A stretch of DNA of 64,000 nt from SAR202 cluster bacterium (GTDB taxonomy: Bacteria > Chloroflexota > Dehalococcoidia > Lucifugimonadales > VGZR01): NCBI GenBank assembly GCA_016872515.1, contig VGZR01000004.1:22374-86373 (forward strand). The letters run 5' to 3'. The first letter of the stretch is position 1, and each line of letters starts with the position of its first letter. The notes below the pieces were generated by a model that saw nothing but the letters and a program-made list of their open reading frames with translations, was not told where the DNA came from and searched no databases. Shown piece by piece: positions 8,022 to 18,044 of the stretch. The translations under genes and the position numbers were made by a program.

Positions 8022-9590
8022 CTACGGCACGTAGTACATCCCCAGCACCAGCTGCCCGTCCCGCCGCACCTCGTCCAGCCGTCCGCCGGGCTCCAGCGCC
8101 TGCGCCGCCGTTAGCACGTCCTGGTACGGCGGCATGACCACCCACAGCACCGGCCCCTCCTGCGGCCCGCGCGGCACCGAGAACGTCCCGAACGCCGCCG
8201 ACCGGTCCTCGCCCTGCAGCCCCGGCGCCAGGTACTGCAGCGTCTCGTACCCGACGCCCCACCGGTCCGAGTACCAATAGACGTAAGGCTGCCCCTCATA
8301 CTCCCTGTACCGCTCGGCGAACTCCGTCAGCTCGTTACCGAACACCCACCGGTGGTCCCGCGACCCCACGTAGTCGCGGAAGTACGCCGTCGAGTTGTGC
8401 CAGACGACGAACGCCAGCCCCGCCGCCAGCACGCCCGCGATGGCCGCGCGCGTCGCCCTGCCCTGCAGCGCCGCCACGACCCGGTCGCCCGCGTAGCCCG
8501 CCGCCGCGAACACGAACGGCAGCGCCACCAGGAACCGCCGGTTCTCCCCGTCCAGCGTGAACGCCGTCCCCACCGCCCCCGCCAGCAGCCCAACCAGCAG
8601 CAGGAAGTGCCGCCGGTCCGCGGGCCGCACCAGCGCCACCACGAACCCCAGCGCCGCCAGGCTCCCCGTCAGCGGGTCCAGCAGCGGCCTGCCGCCCGCG
8701 CCGTCCGCCCCGTCGAACTTGTGCTTGCGGAACAGGTTCAGCCCGATGACCGCCGTCCGCTTGATGAGGAAACGCGACTGCTCCGGCACCCCGTCCAGCT
8801 TCTCGTACGCCTCCAGCCGCGTCACCGACGTCACCTGCCGCCGCTCCTGCAACGGCTGCCAGTAGCCCGCCGCGAAGTCCAGGAACGGCGCCGCCACTAC
8901 CACCGCGGCTACGCCGAACACCACCGCCCACCGCGCAGTCCGCCGCCACGGCCTCGACTGCGACATCAGCTCCCGCATCCAGAACGCCACCACGATGCCC
9001 ACGAACACATAGAAGGCGCTGTACGTATAGACCGTCGCCCCGAACGCCGCCCCCGCCAGCACGAGCAGTGCCCACCGCCGCCAACCCTCGCGCTTCGTGT
9101 CGAGGGCCTCTAATAAGAGCCAGAGAGCCAGCACTTCCATCAACGGCAGCGCGATGACCGGGAACGCGATGCGGCTGTAGTGGATGTGCCACAGCCCGAA
9201 GCCCAGGAGCACCGTGCCGATGAGCGCCGCCCGCGTGTTCAGCAGCCTCCGGCAGAACAGGAAGAACACCGGCAGCGCCGCGATGCCCAGCAGCGCCGCC
9301 CCCAGCCGCACGCTCCAGATCTCGTTGGGCGCCCAGTTCACGAACAGCGCGAACACGCACAGCGGCCCGGCGGGCTGCCCAAGCGCTACCGGCGACCACA
9401 CCCCGATAAACCCCTCCCGGCCGATGCGCAGCGCCTCCAGCCCGTGCGCCGCCTCGTCGCCGTGCAGCCCCGGCGGCAGGTCCCCCAGCCGGTACACCCG
9501 CAGCAGCACCGCGCCCGCGATGCTGGCCGCGATGGCCGCCCACGTGAGCGCCGTCCACCGGGAGGGCATCCGCATCCGCCCGAGCGTCAT
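8022..9590 (-). CDS. GT-C fold glycosyltransferase (ArnT / PMT, family 39/83-like), polytopic membrane protein
   Basis: YRLGDLPPGLHGDEAAHGLEA...HIHYSRIAFP, with about 11 hydrophobic helices. Start ATG at 9590 overlaps the birA stop (ATGA). The upstream 244 codons of the 766-aa ORF overlap birA in another frame. Confidence 0.8.
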   Translation of the reverse strand: MTLGRMRMPSRWTALTWAAIAASIAGAVLLRVYRLGDLPPGLHGDEAAHGLEALRIGREGFIGVWSPVALGQPAGPLCVFALFVNWAPNEIWSVRLGAALLGIAALPVFFLFCRRLLNTRAALIGTVLLGFGLWHIHYSRIAFPVIALPLMEVLALWLLLEALDTKREGWRRWALLVLAGAAFGATVYTYSAFYVFVGIVVAFWMRELMSQSRPWRRTARWAVVFGVAAVVVAAPFLDFAAGYWQPLQERRQVTSVTRLEAYEKLDGVPEQSRFLIKRTAVIGLNLFRKHKFDGADGAGGRPLLDPLTGSLAALGFVVALVRPADRRHFLLLVGLLAGAVGTAFTLDGENRRFLVALPFVFAAAGYAGDRVVAALQGRATRAAIAGVLAAGLAFVVWHNSTAYFRDYVGSRDHRWVFGNELTEFAERYREYEGQPYVYWYSDRWGVGYETLQYLAPGLQGEDRSAAFGTFSVPRGPQEGPVLWVVMPPYQDVLTAAQALEPGGRLDEVRRDGQLVLGMYYVP

Positions 9591-10372
9591 GCCTGCATCG
9601 TCACCTCGCCGGCCACCACGGTAGTCAGCGAACCGTCGGGCCGCCGGAGCACTAGGTTGCCCTCCTCGTCCACGCGCAGCGCCAGGCCCTCCAGCACCTC
9701 GTCGTGCGACCGCACGCGCACCTTCCGGCCCAGCGTCTCCAGCCGCGCGGCCCACGCCGCCGTCAGCGACCGGCCCGCGCGTACCTCGCCGTACAGCCCG
9801 TCCAGCCGCGCCAGCAGCCGCGCCAGCACCGCCGTCCGCTCGACGCGCTTGCCCAGCACGCGCGCGATGCTCGTCGCCGTCTCCGCAATCTCCGGGAAGG
9901 GCGACGGGTCGAAATTCACGTTCAGCCCGATGCCTACGACGGCATAGTCCACCCTGCCGTCGGAGGCCACCGCGCTCTCGATAAGGATGCCCGCCACCTT
10001 CCGCCCATCCACCCGAACGTCGTTCGGCCACTTGATGGCCGGCCTCGCGCCGGTCACGTCGGCCACGGTGTCGCGCACCGCCAGCGTCGCCGCCATGTTC
10101 ATGTACCGCATCTGGCCAGCCTGGGGCCGCAGTAGCACCGAGAAGAGCAGGTTTTCTCCCACGGGTGACTCCCACTTCCGCGCGAAGCGGCCTCTGCCCT
10201 TCGTCTGCTCTTCCGCGATGACCACCAGGCCCTCTGCCGCGCCCGCCTCGGCCAGCCGCCGCGCGTCGTCCATCGTCGAGCCGAGCCGCTGGTGGAAAGC
10301 GATCTCGCGCCCGACGACCCATCCGGCGCAGGCGGCGCGGAGTTGCTCGATGCCTAGGTCATGCTGATGCAT
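9587..10372 (-). CDS. birA: Biotin--[acetyl-CoA-carboxylase] ligase (group I, no HTH)
   Basis: LGSTMDDARRLAEAG...VVIAEEQTKGRGRFARKWESP...WPNDV. Start chosen at MHQHDLG. Confidence 0.85.
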   Translation of the reverse strand: MHQHDLGIEQLRAACAGWVVGREIAFHQRLGSTMDDARRLAEAGAAEGLVVIAEEQTKGRGRFARKWESPVGENLLFSVLLRPQAGQMRYMNMAATLAVRDTVADVTGARPAIKWPNDVRVDGRKVAGILIESAVASDGRVDYAVVGIGLNVNFDPSPFPEIAETATSIARVLGKRVERTAVLARLLARLDGLYGEVRAGRSLTAAWAARLETLGRKVRVRSHDEVLEGLALRVDEEGNLVLRRPDGSLTTVVAGEVTMQA

Positions 10373-10466
10373 GGAGCGTCTATGATACCTGCGCTGCCCG
10401 CAAAAACACATGCTGCCCCGACAGCTGTCGGGGCAGCATGCCCTGCAAGCTTCTCGCGCTGACTGA

Positions 10467-11951
10467 CTACGCCGCGTCCACCGCCTCGGCCATGTGCTCG
10501 CCCTCGGCCTGGCGCAGCCCTGCCTTGAGCTCCTCGCCCTCCATGGCGTGGCGCAGCTTCTGCAGTGCCTGCCGCTCGATCTGGCGCACCCGCTCGCGGG
10601 TCACGCCCAACACGCGGCCCACCTCGTCCAGCGTCCGCGGCCGCCCGTCCTGTAGGCCGAACCGCAGGGTGAGTACCTGCGCCAGCCGCGGCGGCAACTC
10701 CAGCACCGCCTTGCGCACGTCCTCCCGCGACACCGCCCGCACCGCCAGCTCATCCGGCGCTTCGGCGGCGGTATCCTGCACGAAGTCCTGGAGCGTCGCA
10801 TCCTCCTCTCCGAAGGGCGTCTCAAGCGACATCGGCTGCTGCCGCTGGCGCCGCAGCTCGTACACCGCATCCTCGGACCAGCCCAGCTTCTCGCCAGTCT
10901 CCGCCGCCGTCGGCTCGCGGTCCGCCATGGAAAGCAGGTCGCGCTCGGCCTTGTTCAGCCGCTGCACACGCTCCACGACGTGGACGGGCAGCCGGATGGT
11001 GCGCGACTGGTCGGCCAGCGACCGAGTCACGCCCTGGCGCACCCACCAAGTGGCGTACGTGCTGAACTTGAACCCGCGGTGGGGGTTGAACCGCTCCACC
11101 GCGCGCATCAGGCCAAGGTTGCCCTCCTGGATGAGGTCCAGCATCGGCAGGCCAAGGCCCAGGTACTTTCGAGCCACGCCCACGACCAGGCGGAGGTTGG
11201 AGTTCACCAGCCGCTCCGACGCATGCCGCCCGGCCGCGTCCACCTGCCGCCATTTGCGCTCCAGCGGGAGCAGCAATGGCTTGAGGGTACGCGGAGAAGT
11301 GGCGAATGGGTCAATGCCCTTCGCCTCGGCACCCGCCTGCACCAGCCTGGACTGGTCCAGTGCCGCCACAGTCTCGACGGACAGCAGCGACGCCATCTTC
11401 CAGGTCTGGGAGATCAGCACGGACACGTCCTTGTCGGAGAGTCGCAGCTTGGCGGCCACCGCCTCCTTGGTCGCTTCCTTCATCGGCTTCTGCAGTGCCT
11501 GCACCACCCGCTCGTCCTTGAGCAGTGTCGCAAGCGTGGTGGGCTGCGGGACCTTGACTCCCACGGCACGCGCTAGGGTGACCAGCACCCTCTCATGCTT
11601 CTGGAACTCGCGGTATGCTGCCAGGGCCACTTCGCCGGTGCTCGGCTTGCGCCCCAACTCGGCATGCAGCCGCTGCTTCAGGTCCCTGAGCCCATACCAA
11701 CTCTCCACAGCCAAGCCAAGCTCCACCTCTTCCTCAGCCTTCAGCAGCTTGTGCTTGCCGATGGCCGTCAGGTAGTCGCCGACGGAGTCCTGGCCCTCTC
11801 CTGTACGCTCGTACCGGTCTTCGGGTTCGCCGACTTCTTCTTCGATGACCGTCTCAGGCTCAGCGTCAAGCTCGAGCACCTCGATCTCGTCGAGGTCCTC
11901 TTGAGCAGGACGCTGGGCTTTTATTCGATTGTTCAGTGTTGCCGTCGCCAT
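10467..11951 (-). CDS. rpoD: Primary (group 1) RNA polymerase sigma-70 factor
   Basis: Regions 2-4 are present: NLRLVVGVARKY, DLIQEGNLGLMRAVERF, FSTYATWWVRQ, RTIRLPVH, LDEVGRVLGVTRERVRQIE. Start chosen at MATATLNN; the 12038 start is also possible. Confidence 0.9.
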   Translation of the reverse strand: MATATLNNRIKAQRPAQEDLDEIEVLELDAEPETVIEEEVGEPEDRYERTGEGQDSVGDYLTAIGKHKLLKAEEEVELGLAVESWYGLRDLKQRLHAELGRKPSTGEVALAAYREFQKHERVLVTLARAVGVKVPQPTTLATLLKDERVVQALQKPMKEATKEAVAAKLRLSDKDVSVLISQTWKMASLLSVETVAALDQSRLVQAGAEAKGIDPFATSPRTLKPLLLPLERKWRQVDAAGRHASERLVNSNLRLVVGVARKYLGLGLPMLDLIQEGNLGLMRAVERFNPHRGFKFSTYATWWVRQGVTRSLADQSRTIRLPVHVVERVQRLNKAERDLLSMADREPTAAETGEKLGWSEDAVYELRRQRQQPMSLETPFGEEDATLQDFVQDTAAEAPDELAVRAVSREDVRKAVLELPPRLAQVLTLRFGLQDGRPRTLDEVGRVLGVTRERVRQIERQALQKLRHAMEGEELKAGLRQAEGEHMAEAVDAA

Positions 11952-12204
11952 GTTTGGCCTTCTTCCCGGTTGCGCCGACGGTGCGGGCCTCCACCTGTCC
12001 ATCGGCCTCTCCACGATATGCAACGATTTCGATGCCACTCAGTTAGTTAGATGCGGAACGGGTCATTTCGTGGCAAGCTAGTCCTCTAGGCCAAAACTCA
12101 CCTTCGACGCGATGCGCCCTATACCAAAAACGTACTCGCACGTCATGAAAGCGCTGTGAACGGAGCTGCCCGGGGCGTGAAGGAGTCGTGAACCTGGAAG
12201 AACC

Positions 12205-14649
12205 CTATGCCGTTGGCTTCGGCATCCGATAGCCGACCTGCGGCTCGGTGAAGATGAGTTTGGGTTGTCGCGCGTCGTCGCCCAGCTTGCGGCGCAGGTT
12301 GCGGATAAACGAGCGAACCAACTCGGTCTCGCCGGAGTACTCCGGCCCCCATACGCGTTGGAGGAGTTGCTCGTGGGTGAGCACGCGCCCTGCGTTGGTC
12401 GCCAGTTCGTAGAGGATCTTGTACTCGGTAGCCGAGAGAGCGATGGCTTTCTCTCCCCGCTTCACCAGCCGTTCGGAGAAGTTCACCGTCAGGTCGCCCA
12501 TCCGGTACGGAGGGCGCACCTCTATCTGGTCCCTCAGCACCCGCCGCCGCAGCGCGGCCTCGATACGGGCCATCAGCTCCGACGGCGAGAATGGCTTTGT
12601 GATGTAGTCGTCGGCGCCCGCTTTCAACGCATTCACCGCGTAATCGTCCCGGTCGCTGCCCGTCAGGAAGATGACGGGCACTCCCGAGAACTCACGGATG
12701 CGTTTGAGCAGCTCCATGCCGGTGGTTCCTGGCATCATCAGGTCGAGCAGCACCATATCCGGCTCCTGTGTGGCGATGAGCTGCGGCGCCTCCTCCCATG
12801 ACGAGGTGGTAGTGACGTTGTAGCCCGCATCTTCGAGGATGCGCTTGATGTGGCGCAGGACCTGCGGCTCATCGTCCACGGCCACGATGCGCGTGCGCTC
12901 TCCTGCGCGGTGGACGCGGCCCATGTGGTCGCCACGGCGCGTCACGTCCACTCTGGCCGCCTCCGACGTCGCGGGCAGAGTGAAGCTGAAGGTGCTGCCC
13001 TTGCCTTCGCCTGCGCTCTCGGCCCAGATGCGTCCGCCATGCGCCTCCACGATGCCCTTGCAGATGGCCAGGCCCAAGCCGGTGCCGATCATCTTGCCGC
13101 CCTCGTCGCCGTGCAGGCGCGAGAACTTCTTGAACAGGTGGGGGAGCTTGTCCGCTGGTATCCCTCTGCCCCTGTCCGCCACCCTGACGGTCACCGTTTC
13201 CGGCCCTGGCTCCACGCGCACCGCGATAGCCGCATCGGCGGGCGAGTACTTTGCCGCATTGGTCAGGACGTTGTTCAAGACCTGCACCACCCGCCGCTTG
13301 TCCGCCTTCACCATGGAAACGGCTCCGTCCGTCTCGACCGAGAGCGCATGCTTCCCACCGGTGCGGACGAAGTTGGCCTTCGCCTCATCCAGCATCTCCA
13401 GGAGATTCGAAGGCTCAGGGCTGACGGACAGCGTGCCCGCCTCGATGCGGGTCATGTCCAGCAGGTTGGCCACCAGGTCGCGCAGCCGGTCGGCCTGGTC
13501 GTTGATGATGTCGAACAGCTCCATCGTTTCCGCAGCGGACAGCGGTGTCTTGGTGCCCAAGGCGATGGCCGCCGACCCCTTGATGGCCGTCAGCGGCGTC
13601 CGCAGTTCGTGGCTCACCATGCCCAGGAATTCGTTTCGCAGCTTCTCGATCTCTTCGAGGGGAGTCATATCTTGGATCGTCACCACCGCCGAGGCGATCC
13701 GGCCGTCGGAGCCATAGAGCGGTGTGGCGTTCACCAGAGTCGGCGTGCTCCTGCCGTCGGGCGTGACGAGGCGCACTTCCTCTGAGACCACCGTCTCGCC
13801 TTTGCGCAGCGCCCGCATCAGCGGGAGGTCCGCCTCGGGGTACTCGGTCCCATCTGATTTCAGTATCCGCAGCGGCTTGATGTACTGCTCGACGTGGTCG
13901 CCGGGCCGGTGGGGCGTTCCTCGCACACGCTGCGCTTCCCGGTTCATCAGTAAGACCGTACCCGTCTTGGCCTCCACCACCACAACGCCGACCGGGGACG
14001 TGTTCACCAGCGTCTCAAGGCTCCTTCGCTGCGCATCGGCTTGCTCGTAGAGCCGGGCATTGCGGATTGCCGAGGCCGCCTGCGCCGCGAACAGCACCAG
14101 GATGTCCTCGTCCTCCTGGGTGAACTCCGCCCCGCCGGCCTTCTCGGTCAGATAGAGATTGCCCAGGTTCTCTTTCAGCCGGCACCGGATGGGGACGCCC
14201 ATGAACGTCTTCATGGAGGGATGGTGCCGGGGGAAACCCACCGAACGCGGGTGTTTGGACATGTCCGCCAATCGCAGGGGCTTCGGCACCTCCCGGAGAT
14301 GGCCCAACAGACCCTTGCCCACAGGCAGGTGTCCGATACGGCGGCGCTCCTGCTCCGAGATGCCATGGGTCACGAAGCTGGTGATGCGGCCCGCCTCGTC
14401 GAACACTGCTAGGGCGCCGTACCGGGCCTCCGTCAGCTCGCAGGCGCCGTCCACCACAGCCTGGAGCACTTCAGTCGGGTCCAGGCTGGCGGCCGCCTGA
14501 ACACTTGCCTCGGTCAGCCGCACGAGCTGCCTTTTCAGCCGCTCATATTCCCCGGCTGAGCGGCCATCGCCGCCTCCCCTGTCATCGTTCAGGGAGGGTT
14601 TCGCTGGTTTGATCTTCCTCTGCGTCATCTTCGGCACTTTGCACTTCAA
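12205..14649 (-). CDS. Fused sensor histidine kinase / OmpR-type response regulator (GAF-PAS-HisKA-HATPase-REC-winged helix)
   Basis: Domains in order: GAF (HLPVGKGLLGH), PAS, HisKA (MVSHELRTPLTAIKG), HATPase (GTGLGLAICKGIVEAHGGRIW), REC (RIVAVDDEP...LDLMMPG...KPF), and a DNA-binding winged helix (LSATEYKILYEL...VGYRM). Confidence 0.85.
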   Translation of the reverse strand: MKCKVPKMTQRKIKPAKPSLNDDRGGGDGRSAGEYERLKRQLVRLTEASVQAAASLDPTEVLQAVVDGACELTEARYGALAVFDEAGRITSFVTHGISEQERRRIGHLPVGKGLLGHLREVPKPLRLADMSKHPRSVGFPRHHPSMKTFMGVPIRCRLKENLGNLYLTEKAGGAEFTQEDEDILVLFAAQAASAIRNARLYEQADAQRRSLETLVNTSPVGVVVVEAKTGTVLLMNREAQRVRGTPHRPGDHVEQYIKPLRILKSDGTEYPEADLPLMRALRKGETVVSEEVRLVTPDGRSTPTLVNATPLYGSDGRIASAVVTIQDMTPLEEIEKLRNEFLGMVSHELRTPLTAIKGSAAIALGTKTPLSAAETMELFDIINDQADRLRDLVANLLDMTRIEAGTLSVSPEPSNLLEMLDEAKANFVRTGGKHALSVETDGAVSMVKADKRRVVQVLNNVLTNAAKYSPADAAIAVRVEPGPETVTVRVADRGRGIPADKLPHLFKKFSRLHGDEGGKMIGTGLGLAICKGIVEAHGGRIWAESAGEGKGSTFSFTLPATSEAARVDVTRRGDHMGRVHRAGERTRIVAVDDEPQVLRHIKRILEDAGYNVTTTSSWEEAPQLIATQEPDMVLLDLMMPGTTGMELLKRIREFSGVPVIFLTGSDRDDYAVNALKAGADDYITKPFSPSELMARIEAALRRRVLRDQIEVRPPYRMGDLTVNFSERLVKRGEKAIALSATEYKILYELATNAGRVLTHEQLLQRVWGPEYSGETELVRSFIRNLRRKLGDDARQPKLIFTEPQVGYRMPKPTA

Positions 14650-14774
14650 ACTGGCGTTGTAGGCGTCTGTGTTGCCTCATGCAAAATGATGGGTTATTCT
14701 ACACCGGCCTTATCACCAGATTCTAACGAATTCCCAACTCGTCCGGGCAGCAGCCAACAGGAGGAACGGTTCAC

Positions 14775-16415
14775 ATGAAAGGCAGCGATGTCATCGCGGA
14801 GATCCTGAAGCGCGAAGGGACGGAGGTCATCTTTGCCTACCCCTACCAGCCGCTCATCGAGTCCGCGGCCAAGGTGGGCATCCGGCCCATCCTTTGCCGC
14901 CAGGAGCGCGTCGGCATCTCTATGGCCGACGGTTACAGCCGGGCCACCAGCGGCAAGCGCCTCGGTGTCTTCACGATGCAGCAAGGCCCCGGCACCGAAA
15001 ACGCCTTCCCCGGCGCAGCCCAGGCCTTCTCCGACAACATCCCCATCCTCATGCTCCCGGGCGGTGAGGAGACCAAGAAGTCGTTCATTCGGCCCAACTT
15101 CCAGGCGATGGAGAACTACCGCGGTGTCACCAAGTGGATGGCGCAGATCAACCACTCGGAGCGCATCCCCGAACTGATGCGCCGCGCCTTCTACAACCTA
15201 CGCACCGGCAAAGGCGGCCCCGTGGTCGTCGAAACGCCGCGCAACATCCTGGAGCTCGAAGAACTCGGCAACTACAAGATCGACTACACCCCCGTCAAGG
15301 GCAACCGCGTGGGGCCAGACCCGGGGGATGTGAAGACCGTCGCCGAACTGCTCGTCAAGTCCAAGAACCTGGTCATCCACAGCGGGCAGGGCATCAATTT
15401 CGCGGAGGCGTGGAACGAGCTACGCGAGCTGGCCGAACTGCTCCAAGCGCCGGTGATGACCACCATGCCAGGCAAAGGCGCCCTCCCCGAGAGCCACCCA
15501 CTCGCCCTCGGCTCCTCAGCCGTCTCCACCACCAAGCCCATCTCCCACTTCCTGCAGAAGGCCGACACCGTCTTCGGCATCGGCTGCAGCTTCACACGCA
15601 CCAACTACGGCAAGACCATCCCCGCGGGCAAGGTCATCATCCATTCCACCAACGACCCCGCTGACGTGAACAAGGACTACAAGGCCGACCACGCCCTCAT
15701 CGGCGACTCCAAGCTCGTGCTCCAGGCGCTCCTCGATGAGCTCAGAGGCAACCAGGCGTTCAAGAAGAAGTCCCGAGGCGAGGTGGCCAAGGAGGTTCAG
15801 ACCGTCAAGAAGGAGTGGCTCAACGAGTGGGCGCCGCAGCTCAACTCCGAAGAGGTGCCCATCAACCAGTACCGTGTCATCCGCGACGTGATGAGCATCG
15901 TTGACCGCAACAACACCATCGTCACCCACGACGCCGGCAGCCCGCGCGACCAGGTCGTCCCCTTCTGGGAGACGACCGCCCCCATGACCTATTTGGGCTG
16001 GGGCAAGTCCACCCAGCTCGGCCACGGTCTCGGCCTCATCATGGGCGCCAAGCTGGCCAACCCCGACAAGCTGTGCATCAACTTCATGGGCGACGCCGCC
16101 ATCGGCATGGTCGGCATGGACCTGGAGACCGCCGCCCGCTGCAAGATCGGCATCCTCACCATCGTCTTCAACAACGGCGCCATGGCCATCGAGCGCAAGT
16201 CCATGCCCACCGCGACCGAGAAGTACGGCACCGTGTTCCAGACCGGCGACTACCGGGGCGTGTCCAAGGCCCTCGGCGGCTGGTCGGAACGGGTCGAGAA
16301 GCCCAAGGACATCATCCCCACGGTGAGGAAGGCCATCGAGGCGACCAAGTCCGGCCAACCCGCCCTCGTCGAAATCATCACCAAGGAAGGCTTCGACTTC
16401 TCGAAGTACCCGTAG
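14775..16415 (+). CDS. Thiamine-pyrophosphate-dependent enzyme (acetolactate synthase large-subunit family)
   Basis: N-terminal TPP domain (GISMADGYSRATSGK...GPGTENA) and C-terminal GDAAIGM...NNGAM TPP/Mg motif. AGGAGG lies upstream. Confidence 0.8.
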   Translation: MKGSDVIAEILKREGTEVIFAYPYQPLIESAAKVGIRPILCRQERVGISMADGYSRATSGKRLGVFTMQQGPGTENAFPGAAQAFSDNIPILMLPGGEETKKSFIRPNFQAMENYRGVTKWMAQINHSERIPELMRRAFYNLRTGKGGPVVVETPRNILELEELGNYKIDYTPVKGNRVGPDPGDVKTVAELLVKSKNLVIHSGQGINFAEAWNELRELAELLQAPVMTTMPGKGALPESHPLALGSSAVSTTKPISHFLQKADTVFGIGCSFTRTNYGKTIPAGKVIIHSTNDPADVNKDYKADHALIGDSKLVLQALLDELRGNQAFKKKSRGEVAKEVQTVKKEWLNEWAPQLNSEEVPINQYRVIRDVMSIVDRNNTIVTHDAGSPRDQVVPFWETTAPMTYLGWGKSTQLGHGLGLIMGAKLANPDKLCINFMGDAAIGMVGMDLETAARCKIGILTIVFNNGAMAIERKSMPTATEKYGTVFQTGDYRGVSKALGGWSERVEKPKDIIPTVRKAIEATKSGQPALVEIITKEGFDFSKYP

Positions 16416-16425
16416 GAGGACGTCC

Positions 16426-16917
16426 ATGCCAGGCACGCAGGTGCAGAAGCTGGTCAGCCAGGTGGAGCAGTCATATGCGCGGCTCGAACAGGCCCTGCAA
16501 GGGATAACCGAGCAGGAGCTACGGTCGCGCTCCGCGCCGGAAGAGTGGTCGGTCGCCCAGGCGCTCGGCCACGTCATCGAGATGGCGCCGCTCTGGTCGT
16601 CGAAGGCGCGGGAGGCGGCCCAGGAGAAGACCGACCTACCCGCGAAGCGCACCCCCGAAGAGGCGCAGGCGCGCCTCGCCGCTGTGGAACGCTACGCTAA
16701 GGAGTCGCGCGCCGCCATCCTCGACGGCCTGCGTGTATCAAAGGCCAAGTGCATCCAGACCGTCTCGGCGCTGCAGGACGCTGACCTGGACACTCCTAAG
16801 CTGAGTGACGGCCAGCCGATGACCGTGCGGGGCTTCCTCGACAAGCAGATCATCACCCACGTCAATGAGCACGCCGAGCAGGTCACCGCGGCGAGGAAAG
16901 CGTCCCCGAAGAAGTAG
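16426..16917 (+). CDS. DinB-family (DinB_2-like) protein
   Basis: EEWSVAQALGHVIE...THVNEHAEQV shows the His spacing of DinB four-helix-bundle proteins. GGAGG lies upstream. Confidence 0.7.
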   Translation: MPGTQVQKLVSQVEQSYARLEQALQGITEQELRSRSAPEEWSVAQALGHVIEMAPLWSSKAREAAQEKTDLPAKRTPEEAQARLAAVERYAKESRAAILDGLRVSKAKCIQTVSALQDADLDTPKLSDGQPMTVRGFLDKQIITHVNEHAEQVTAARKASPKK

Positions 16918-16999
16918 AGTGCATTCGGGAGAACCTCAGAGCATCAAACGGGGCAGGTCTGTGACCTGCCCCGTTGCCATTTCTCTGATGATGCGCCAG

Positions 17000-18037
<1,038 letters not shown>

Positions 18038-18044
18038 GCCCCGG

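Noticed and set aside
8022-10322. The 766-aa ORF taken as a single gene.
   Set aside because: The first 244 codons are Arg/Gly-rich and overlap birA in another frame. The glycosyltransferase-like sequence begins at MTLGRMRMPS (ATG 9590), which overlaps the birA stop.
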